DNA from: Flaccisagitta enflata
Taxonomy: Eukaryota
DNA length: 64,000 nucleotides
Direction: 5' to 3'
NCBI GenBank assembly: GCA_965153355.1
Contig: OZ231126.1
Location: 43,648,001 to 43,712,000, forward strand
Positions 1 through 10,312 of this stretch are shown here, in pieces. How positions within the stretch are numbered: position 1 is the first letter of the stretch; every line of letters starts with the position of its first letter. Made by a program: the position numbers and the translations under genes. The notes under the pieces were generated by a model. It was not told where the DNA came from. It was given only the letters and a program-made list of their open reading frames with translations, and searched no databases.

Positions 1-1972
1 AGATAAAGATTGAACTAAGAACTACTCTGGATAATTGAAGTTATCTGAGGAGTATAAGTGACTGAGTCTATGTGAATATTCATCCATATATGTTGTGTCA
101 ATTAATATTCCCATGGACTCATTGAGTGTGACTACCTTCAGAATACAGAATGATAGATGAAGATTGTACTAAGAACTACTCTGGATAACTGAAGTGATCT
201 GAGGAGTATAAGTGACTGAGTCTATGTGAATATTCATCCATATATGTTGTGTCAATTAATATTCCCATTGACTCATAGTGTGTGACTACCTTCAGAATAC
301 AGAATGATAGATGAAGATTGAACTAAGAACTACTCTGGATAACTGAAGTGATCTGAGGAGTATAAGTGACTGAGTCTATGTGAATATTCATCCATATATG
401 TTGTGTCAATTAATATTCCCATTGACTCAAAGTGTGTGACTACCTCCAGAATACAGAATGATAGATAAAGATTGAACTAAGAACTTCTCTGGATAATTGA
501 AGTAATCTGAGGAGTATAAGTGACTGAGTCTATGTGAATATTCATCCATATATGTTGTGTCAATTAATATTCCCATTGACTCATAGAGTGTGACTACCTT
601 CAGAATACAGAATGATAGATGAAGATTGAACTAAGAACTACTCTGGATAACTGAAATGATCTGAGGAGTATAAGTGACTCAGTCTATGTGAATATTCATC
701 CATATATGTTGTGTCAATTAATATTCCCATTGACTCATTGAGTGTGACTACCTTCAGCATACAGAATGATAGATAAAAATTGAACTAAGAATTACTCTGG
801 ATAATTGAAGTAATCTGAGGAGTATAAGTTACTGAGTCTATGTGAATATTCATCCATATACGTTGTGTCAATTAATATTCCCATTGACTCATAGAGTGTG
901 ACTACCTTCAGAATGCAGAATGATAGATGAAGATTGAACTAAGAACTACTCTGGATAACTGAAGTGATCTGAGGAGTATAAGTGACTGAGTCTATGTGAA
1001 TATTCATCCATATATGTTGTGTCAATTAATATTCCCATTGACTCATTGAGTGTGACTACCTTCAGAATACAGAATGATTAGATGAAGATTGAACTAAGAA
1101 TTAATCTGGATAATTGAAGTAATCTGAGGAGTATAAGTGACTGAGTCTATGTGAATATTCATCCATATATGTTGTGTCAATTAATATTCCCATTGACTCA
1201 TTGAGTGTGACTACCTTCAGAATACAGAATGATAGATAAAGATTGAACTAAGAACTAATCTGGATAATTGAAGTAATCTGAGGAGTATAAGTGACTGAGT
1301 CTATGTGAATATTCATCCATATATGTTGTGTCAATTAATATTCCCATTGACTCATTGAGTGTGACTACCTTCAGAATACAGAATGATAGATGAAGATTGA
1401 ACTAAGAACTACTCTGGATAACTGAAGTGATCTGAGGAGTATAAGTGACTGAGTCTATGTGAATATTCATCCATATATGTTGTGTCAATCAATATTCCCA
1501 TTGACTCATAGTGTGTGACTACCTTCAGAATACAGAATGATAGATGAAGATTGAACTAAGAACTACTCTGGATAACTGAAGTGATCTGAGGAGTATAAGT
1601 GACTGAGTCTATGTGAATATTCATCCATATATGTTGTGTAAATTGATATTCCCATTGACTCAAAGTGTGTGACTACCTTCAGAATACAGAATGATAGATG
1701 AAGATTGAACTAAGAACTACTCTGGATAATTGAAGAAATCTGAGGAGTATAAGTGACTGATTCTATGTAAATATTCATCCATCTTTGTTGTGTCAATTAA
1801 TGTTCCCATTGACTCAAAGTGTTTGACTACCTTCAGAATACTGAATGATAGATGAAGATTGAACTAAGAACTACTCTGGATAATTGAAGTAATCTGAGGA
1901 GCATGAATGACTGAGTCTATGTGAATATTCATCCATCTTTGTTGTGTTAATTAATATTCATGTCGACTCAAC
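1..1972. repeat. 154-bp tandem satellite, about 12.8 copies, last copies degenerate
   Basis: Unit AGATRAAGATTGAACTAAGAACTACTCTGG...CAGAATGAT restarts at 1, 155, 309 and so on; the array runs off the window start. Confidence 0.97.
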
Positions 1973-1984
1973 AAATAAGTCGCT

Positions 1985-4165
1985 AGGTTTCATAATTTGG
2001 TTTTGGTTGGTAGGGTTGAGTTAGTTTGTTAGGGTTAGCATTAGGGTTAGGGTAGCAGTGGTAAGGTAAGGGTAAGTGGGTTTCAGTTGGGTTAGGGTTA
2101 GGGTTGCAGACCTATTAGAGTTAGGGTTAATGGGTTTGGGTTAAGCTTAGTGGGTTTGGCTTAGGGTCAGGGTTGGAGACCTAGTAACCCCAACCCTAAC
2201 TCAAACCCAGTAACCCTAACCCACTAACTCTTACATTTCCACTCTAACCCTAACCTTAATTATAACCTAGAGAGAGAAAGAGGGTTAGATAAGAGCTAGA
2301 GTTATGTTTAGGGTTAGTGGGGTTTGGTAAGAGTTAGTGAGTTAGGGTTAAGGTTAGGGTTGGAGACTTTCTAACCCTAACTATCTTGCCCTAACCCTAA
2401 GCTCAACCCCAACCTTTTTATTCCAACCCTAACCCTATCATCTCTCCTTAAACTCAAACCCTAACCCTAACATGCTAACCCTAACCCACATATCCTAACC
2501 CTAACCTTAAAAATATAACCCTAACCCTATCATCTATCCCTAAAATCAAACCCTAACCCTAAACTGTATGGATGAAGTTGCGGGGTATGGGTTAGGGTTA
2601 GATCTAATTTTTGAGGTACATAGATCTTACTGAAATGAAGGGTTAGGATCAGGGTTTGACTTCACTTTGGAGGGATGTTAAACTGAAATGAAGGGTTAGG
2701 GTTAGGGTTTGACTTCATATAGTGATACGAAGGGTTATGGTTAGACTTCACTTTGGAGGGACATCTTTCTGAAATGAAGAGTTAGGGTTAGGGTTTGACT
2801 TTACTTTGGAGGGATGTCCAACAGAAATGAAGGGTTAGGGTTATGGTTTGACTTCACTTTGGCGGGATGTCTTACTAAAATGAAAAGGAGGTTTGGGTTA
2901 GGGTTTGACTTCATATAGTGATACAAAGGGTTAGAGTTAGACTTCACTTTGGAGGGACATCTTACTGAAATTAAGGGTTAGGGTTAGGCTTTGACTTCAC
3001 CTACTGAAATGAAGTTAGGGTTAGAGTTTGACTTCACTTTTGAGGTATGTTTTACTGAAATAAATTGAAAGGTAAGGGTTACGGTTTGACTTCACATAGT
3101 GAAAAAAAAGAGTTAGACTTCACTTTTGAGGGACATCTTACTTACTAAAAGAAAAGGTTAGGGTTAGGGTCTTACTTCACTTTGGTGGGATGTCTTACTA
3201 AAATGAAGAGGTTAGGGTTAGGGTTTGACTTCATATAGTGATACGAAGGGTTAGGGTTAGACTTCACTTTGGAGGGACATCTTACTGAAATGAAGGGTTA
3301 AGGTTAGGGTTTGACTTCACTTACTGAAGTGAAGGATTAGAGTGAGACTTTGGAGGGATGTCTTAATAAAATAAAGGGTAAGGGTTAGGGTTAGGGTGCT
3401 AACCCTAACCCACATATCCTAACCCTCACCTTAAAAACATAACCCTAACCCTATCATCTATCCCAAAACTAAAACCCTAACCCTGAACTATATGGGTTAA
3501 GGTTAGACTCAACTTTAGAGAGACATCTTACTGAAATGAAGGGTTAGGGTTAGGGTTTAAACCGAAAGCGTAATAGTGCTATACTTTCTTATAACGCTAA
3601 CCCTAACCCTAACCCACGACGCTCATGAGCGTGTACATGGCGCTCACTTAGTGAAACATTAACCCTAACCCTAACCCTAACCCCCAAACCCTAACCCTAA
3701 CCTTGTTATTCAGCCCTAACCCTAACCCTAACCCTAACCCGAGAAACATAACCCTAACCCTAACCCAAGAAACATAACCCTAACCCTATCAGCTATCCTT
3801 AATCTCAAACCCTAACCCAAACCCTAACCCGTGCAACTGAAGTGCATTCGCGGGAATGGGTTTGAACCGAAAGCGAAATAGTGCTATAGTTTCTTATAAC
3901 GCTAACCCTAACCCTAACCCTAACGCTCATGAGCGTGTACATGCCGCTCACTTAGTGAAACATTAACCCTAACCCTAACCCTAACCCTAACCTCCAAACC
4001 CTAACCCTAACCTCATTATCCAGCCCTAACCCTAACCCTAACCCTAACCCGAGAAACACAACCCTAACCCTAACCCTAACCCTAACCCGAGAAACATAAC
4101 CCTAACCCTAACCCTAACCCTAACCCAAAAATATAACCCTAACCCTAACCCTAACCCTAACCCGT
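1985..4165. repeat. Interstitial telomere-like composite array; degenerate TTAGGG and CCCTAA tracts in alternating orientation
   Basis: G-rich tracts at ~1985-2176, 2281-2365, 2588-3397 and 3493-3558. C-rich tracts at ~2185-2268, 2371-2563, 3399-3485 and 3597-4163. Recurrent spacer GACTTCACTTTGGAGGGACATCTTACTGAAATGAAG. Confidence 0.95.
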
Positions 4166-4494
4166 ACAACAGAAGTGCATTCGCGGGAATGGGTTTGGTT
4201 TCATGCTAACGCTTTCTCTCGCCTAAGGCAACAATAGCGAGTTCACCACCGAGGCGGAGAGAAGCAGTCAGTTATCGGTAAGACCCTCGGATGGTCATTT
4301 CACCGATGCCTGCGATCGGCCAATGGCCGAGGTAGTGAGTTTCTTAACCGGCACGCGGGGAAGCGGGTTATTTTCGGTCAAGACTCGCGCATGGTCACCG
4401 AGCCTCTCTTTTCAGCTTCACCCTCATTTGACCGCTCCCGGTCACTACAACCGCGGGTCAATTTTCAACCACCGTTGGCCCGAGGAAGCGGCGG

Positions 4495-4502
4495 TATAAA
4501 AG
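4495..4502 (+). promoter_or_regulatory. Probable TATA box of the recombinase gene
   Basis: TATAAAAG in GC-rich context, 39 nt upstream of an ATG in Kozak-like context (GCCATG, ATG at 4534). Confidence 0.6.
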
Positions 4503-4533
4503 GCAGTCGGCTGCCGAAGTTTCATTCTTCGCC

Positions 4534-6347
4534 ATGAAACAATTTACCTGTCCGGTCTGCAAACGCCAAGAGCCGTGTACGTATGAAGGCGAGAATAAAA
4601 AGCCCACCATCCATTTGAACGTTCCTTGGCAGGGCCTTCCGTTAACAGTCACAAGCTCCGGCGAACAGTGCTACCCATGCCCGCGCTGCGAACTCGACGA
4701 GAACGGCGAGTCAAAGATCCGAACATGGACCCAAGCCGAGCTTCGAATTCACAAACGCCTGCGGCAACATTTCACCCGCCACCATCACGGCAAATTAGCC
4801 GATTTCTACACGCCCGAGGAGATAGTGAAATTTTATGATGACGCGCGTCGCCTACGATGCGAAGTGATCCACGGCCCCGAGATCGAGCAACGTGAAGAAC
4901 CGCCAACCAATTCATCCAAGGCTGAAAGCCCGGAACCACCACCAAAGCGCGTTTGGAAAATTTCATTGACTCCGTCAACCAACATTACCCTTCCTTCAAA
5001 CTTTGAAGGGTGGCTCGCCGGGGAAGTGAGTAAACTCACCGCTAAAACGTACAGCGGAGTGATCCGAATATTTCTCGAATTTCAACGAGCCAAGGGTGCG
5101 AAAGGCACCTTAGCGGATGTTTGGGACTTTGACGCCGTCAAATTATTCTTGGATGAAAAGAAGAGCCAGGCCAAGCCGTCGACCCTCTTTAATTACTTTT
5201 TCGCTTTGCAATCGGCGCAAAAATTCACGCAGCTTGAAGGGATCGCGGCACCAACAAAGCTCACGACGTTGAAGTTTGACTCTTTGGGAAAGCAACTTTG
5301 CCGGGCGAAGACGGCTCACTACAAGGTCATTGCTGCGGAAAAGCGCAAGAGCGGAATTAGTCTTCATCTCGTGAAAGAGAAGATCCTGGACGATCCCGCT
5401 CCTCGTACTCACTTTGACAAGCTCGTTCGTCAAGCTCAACAAGGGTTTTCGCTGACACCATCGGACTATCGCTGGGCAACGGGTTACGCGGCGTTCAACT
5501 TGCAGGCGAGTAACTTTAAGCGGAACGGGAATCTCGCCAAAATCTCGTACGAAACAGCAATCAAGCGCCTCAAGGCTGCGTTGAGGAAGGGCACCTCTTG
5601 CGAACTTGAGGTAACCGAAGCGACTAAGACAGGCGGAACCGAGGTCTTCTCAGTCATCCATTGTGACTGTATTGAAATCCTGCTTCATTACGGCAAATTC
5701 ATCCGGGCCAAGACAGCGAGCGGCTGACAGGACCCCGCTTTCTTTCTCAACAGCGTCGGGAAAAGGATTGGCAAAATCGCGCCGTTTATCAAGGCCGTGG
5801 CAAAATCGGTCGGCCTACCTTCACTCACCATCAAAGATTTGAGGTCTCAAATTGAGACAGAGGCTGCGTTTCGAGGTGATTTAGTCGACCGGGCAGAAAT
5901 CGCCAGTCATCTCGCTCATACAGAGGCAACGCGGGATCGTCACTACCTCCTCAACGACCACAGGCGCGTAGTCGAAAGGCGGCAAAGGAGCTAATTATGC
6001 TCTTAGACCGCGCAGAACCCGATGCTACAATGGACACGGACTCGGACGATGCGCAAGAAGGCGACTCGGATGAAGAAGCCGTAAGAGAATCGATCCCATC
6101 AACACCCACGGAGGATGCGGAGCCTACGGGGGAATCGAACCCTTTAACATCAGCGGAAGAGATCACAGAGCTACAGGAAAGCTCGCAAATAGATCGAAGT
6201 GTCACCGAGGAACCTGCCGAACTACCAACAGATGATTCAAGCTCAACGCCTGAAGAAGAGAACTCTTCCGTCAACATCCGTCACCTTCGAAGCGGGCGGA
6301 CCGTGACCTCGGAAATGAGGCCAAAGCCGAAGAAGAGACGTAGATGA
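4534..6347 (+). pseudogene. Intronless tyrosine recombinase (phage-integrase fold) with N-terminal Cys/His region, acidic tail and basic NLS-like end; about 603 aa if repaired
   Basis: ORFs 4534-5727 and 5797-5994 are one frame split by a single TGA (5725-5727); 5997-6347 joins after removing a CG at ~5965. Catalytic-type residues in order: R (NFKRNGNL, 5521), K (TKTG, 5626), KDLR at the HxxR position (5833-5844), H (LAH, 5917), Y (RHY, 5944). Core-binding-like helices (LTAKTYSGVIRIFLEF, KPSTLFNYFFAL). C-terminus RPKPKKRRR. Confidence 0.85.
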
Positions 6348-6528
6348 TCGCGGTGTTTTTTCTTTGTAATAGAACATGCCTACGTTTCTCCTATCACTGT
6401 TTATTTGCCCCATTCAGTCTCGGTCAAGGCGGTGGAACGCCGCAGTTTAACGGTCAATTTTTACCATCTTTCGGGTATGGGTCTAGTTAGATAACGAGGG
6501 TATCGGGTTTTCTCGTTAGAGTCGAAAG

Positions 6529-6581
6529 ATGGCCATGCACCACCATATGAGTCTGCCAATCCGTCAATTCCTTTAAGTTTC
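6529..6581 (-). rRNA. Two isolated conserved 18S motifs from the central and 3' part of the molecule
   Basis: GGCCATGCACCACCA (reverse of TGGTGGTGCATGGCC) and CCGTCAATTCCTTTAAGTTTC (reverse of GAAACTTAAAGGAATTGACGG). Confidence 0.8.
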
Positions 6582-6585
6582 GCAT

Positions 6586-7072
6586 CGTTATTGATCGTCA
6601 CTACATCCCCGTGCCGGGGGTGGGTAATTTGCGTGCCTGCTGCCTTCCTTGGATGTGGTAGCCGTTTCTCGTGCTCCCTCTCCGAAGTAGAACCCTTATT
6701 CCCCGCTACCCGTTATCACCACGGTAGGCCGGGCTCCTACCGTCGACAGTTGATAAGGCAGACATTTATTAGATCAGCCGCCGGCGCAAGGCCATGCGGT
6801 CAAGTGGAGTTATCCAGAGTTCATCAAACGGGACAGCCGCCACGGCGGAACCGCGGTGCGCCGATTGGTCTTGATGGGATAAAGACATCGCGACCCTTGC
6901 GGGCCCCGATGGCGATGGCATGTATTAGCTCTAGAATTACCACAGTTATCCAAACGCCGCATCCGAGGATGCGGCCGAAGATCTAAGGAACCATAGCTGA
7001 TTTAATGAGCTGTTCGCGGCTTAGCCATTTGGCTGACACTTGCATGGCTTTATCTTTGAGACAAGCATATGA
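6586..7072 (-). rRNA. 18S rRNA 5'-domain fragment, about 490 nt, truncated
   Basis: Reverse complement contains TCATATGCTTGTCTCAAAGAT, GGATAACTGTGGTAATTCTAGAGCTAATACATGC and ACGGCTACCACATCCAAGGAAGGCAGCAGGCACGCAAATTACCC, all conserved eukaryotic SSU motifs. Confidence 0.95.
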
Positions 7073-7318
7073 TCAGGAACGAGCAGTTGGCTCGCCACTA
7101 GAGGGATCCAAAGGGGAAAAGAAAGAAAAACTCGCTAGTCCCAACTAACGTCACCAGGGCGGACAAAGACAGGCTGCGGACGTGCAAACATCGGACAAGG
7201 GGAAAGGCCAACACCAACCCCAGCCCTCTTCAAAGAGGGATACGGTCTTAGCGGACAGAGGGACAGGCAAAGAAAGCAGCGAGTCAGAGAGAGAGAGAGA
7301 GAGAGAGAGCTGGAAGTA

Positions 7319-7380
7319 GGTAATTTGCGTGCCTGCTGCCTTCCTTGGATGTGGCTGCGGTTTCTCATGCTCCCTCTCGG
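7319..7380 (-). rRNA. Second short 18S fragment duplicating 6623-6684
   Basis: GGTAATTTGCGTGCCTGCTGCCTTCCTTGGATGTGG is identical in both copies, then they diverge. Confidence 0.9.
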
Positions 7381-7397
7381 TCGCAGGGACCGCGTCG

Positions 7398-8030
7398 CTG
7401 CCCCTCGCAAAAAAAACGGGGCGGGGTCACATCACCATCACCCTGGCCGCCTGGACAAGGGTGCTAGCCGGGACCCAGGAGAAGCGACAGGTCCATCGCG
7501 AGCCGATTTGAGGTGCGGCGACTCCCCGTGCTGCCAGCGAGGAATCGGGTTTTGGGTCTGAGAAAGCTCGTCGCATTGTTTTCATAGCCTCAGCCGTGAG
7601 GCTCGCGTATATGCCTCTCCCGATGGATGGATCGATCCAGGTCGCCCCATCGACGGTCGCTCGTAGTGTCGAGGCTCGGTCCCGTCGCCAACCGATCCCC
7701 GCTGATTTTTCGCCCCTACGGTGCTGGTCGCGTAAGATGGCGGTGCATCGTCGCGGACGGAAGAAGCCCATCGCGCTGCCTCTCCTACCCTCGGTCTCTC
7801 GTAGTGTCGAGGCTCGGTCCCGTCGCCAACCGATCCCCGCTGATTTTTCGCCCCTACGGTGCTGGTTGCGTACGACGGCGGTGCATCGTCGCGGACGGAA
7901 GAAGCCCATCGCGCTGCCTTTCATACCCTCGGCCAGGAAGCCCACTTCACTGCCCCTCCCGGAGAAAGGACGGGGCCGGGTCGTGTCGCCATCACCGGAG
8001 CCGCTTGGACAAGGGTGCTAGCCGGGACCC
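7398..8030. repeat. GC-rich subrepeats: ~80-bp direct repeat (7398-7476, 7950-8030) enclosing a 138-bp tandem duplication (7654-7932)
   Basis: Identical core TGGACAAGGGTGCTAGCCGGGACCC at 7452 and 8006; CGGTC(G/T)CTCGTAGTGTCGAGG starts at 7654 and 7792. Confidence 0.9.
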
Positions 8031-8154
8031 GCGGGTAGCGGTGAGACCGTCCGATGGTCTCTCTGGGCGGAAGGGAGGTCGCGGCGAATCCACCGGACCC
8101 GCCACACCAGGCGAGCCGAGGCCTCCCCTACCCAGTAAGGGAATTCCACGTGAC

Positions 8155-8350
8155 AAGAGGGGCTAGCGGGGTTGAAATCCATTATGAAGCAATTTGGCTT
8201 CTGGGTGATATTGACAGGTCAATTTGACAAAAAGTCCCTTATATATGTATCTCTATACATTATAAAGGCTATATAGAGCAAATCGGCCTGCCTATCTGAC
8301 CAACAAATGAAATCGCTTTAACATGGATTTCAACCCCGCTAGCCCCTCTT
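8155..8350. repeat. About 196-bp imperfect palindrome with perfect 28-bp outer arms
   Basis: AAGAGGGGCTAGCGGGGTTGAAATCCAT (8155-8182) is the reverse complement of 8323-8350. Imperfect symmetry continues inward to an AT-rich centre. Confidence 0.92.
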
Positions 8351-8392
8351 TTAACCCGGATCAAAAACGGGAACCCTTTATTTTCTATATAA

Positions 8393-9097
8393 ATTAGGGT
8401 TAGGGTTAGGGTTTGACTCACTTTGGAGGTACGTCCTTCTGAAACGAGTAAAAATGGGTTAGGGTTAGGGTTAGGGTTAGACTTCACTTTGGAGGTACAT
8501 GTTGCGGGTTAGGGTTAGGGTTAGGGTTAGGGTTTGACTTCACTTTTGAGGTACGTCCTTCTGAAACGAGTAAAAATGGGTTAGGGTTAGGGTTAGGGTT
8601 AGACTTCACTTTGGAGGTACATGTTGCGGGTTAGGGTTAGGGTTAGGGTTTGACTTCACTTTTGAGGTACGTCCTTCTGAAACGAGTAAAAATGGGTTAG
8701 GGTTAGGGTTAGGGTTAGACTTCACTTTGGAGGTACATGTTGCGGGTTAGGGTTAGGGTTAGGGTTAGACTTCACTTTGGAGGTACATGTTGCGGGTTAG
8801 GGTTAGGGTTAGGGTTAGGGTTAGACTTCACTTTGGAGGTACATGTTGCGGGTTAGGGTTAGGGTTAGGGTTAGGGTTAGACTTCACTTTGGAGGTACAT
8901 GTTGCGGGTTAGGGTTAGGGTTAGGGTTAGGGTTAGACTTCACTTTGGAGGTACATGTTGCGGGTTAGGGTTAGGGTTAGGGTTAGGGTTGGACTTCACT
9001 TTGGAGGTACATGTTGCGGGTTAGGGTTAGGGTTAGGGTTAGGGTTTGTATTCACTTTGGAGATACCTCTTACTGAAAGGAAGGGTTAGGGTTAGGG
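8393..9097 (+). repeat. Homogeneous composite telomere-like array, (TTAGGG)2-4 plus a fixed spacer
   Basis: Units GACTTCACTTTGGAGGTACATGTTGCG and GACTTCACTTTTGAGGTACGTCCTTCTGAAACGAGTAAAAATG between TTAGGG runs; same spacer family as 2590-3397. Confidence 0.95.
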
Positions 9098-9239
9098 GTG
9101 AAATATTCACATTGATTCAGTGCTCTTTGAATCACTTCAGATTGCCAGGGTAGATCTTAACTTAGATCCTATTCAAACATTCTCTATCTTGTCTCTTGAA
9201 ACATTTTTTGAGTCAATAGGAATATTAATAGACATTAAA

Positions 9240-9394
9240 GGTGTGTCTGCATTAATCAGCTTATTCGGATATTTTATTTGGATAATAATATCCGGATATT
9301 TCATGTAGTAAATCTTGTAAATTCACTATGTAGAATATCCGGATATTGATATCCAGACGAGATATCCAAATAAGATGGTGAATGCAGACGCACC
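9240..9394. mobile_element. Small MITE-like element with ~33-bp imperfect TIRs
   Basis: GGTGTGTCTGCATTAATCAGCTTATTCGGATAT versus ATATCCAAATAAGATGGTGAATGCAGACGCACC; internal TCCGGATAT repeats; no clear TSD. Confidence 0.6.
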
Positions 9395-9676
9395 ATCATT
9401 CCGAATAAGATTCCTTCTCTTCACCAACCTGTTACTGAACTGAACCAAACGTTTTTCTCATCCAGAGTAAAAATTTAAGAATTTGATTTTCCAAAAAGAT
9501 GAACATCGAAAAATATATTTTTGTGACTGTGCTAACTCCAAATACGTTTGTCTACCAGAACAAACCAAAACGGACTGTGCATTTAAATTAGGTAAGCCAG
9601 TATCATTTCGTCCATTAATTGTTATTGTCAGAATTGGGGTGATCTTGGAAATGATCATTCGAGATCTCTAATGTAA

Positions 9677-10312
<636 letters not shown>

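Noticed and set aside
1-1972. 154-bp periodic array as CRISPR
   Set aside because: Whole units repeat with no unique spacers, there are no cas genes, and the context is eukaryotic.
5725-5727. Programmed readthrough or selenocysteine at the YR TGA
   Set aside because: No supporting signal is recognisable; a CpG transition explains it and a second lesion follows.
6529-7380. Functional rDNA unit
   Set aside because: Most of 18S is missing, and no 5.8S or 28S is visible.
6591-8166. ORFs of 60-179 aa over the rRNA fragment and GC-rich repeats
   Set aside because: They overlap in several frames, mirror the DNA repeats and have no protein motifs.
8393-9097. True chromosome end
   Set aside because: TTAGGG runs are short, interrupted and followed by 55 kb of further sequence.
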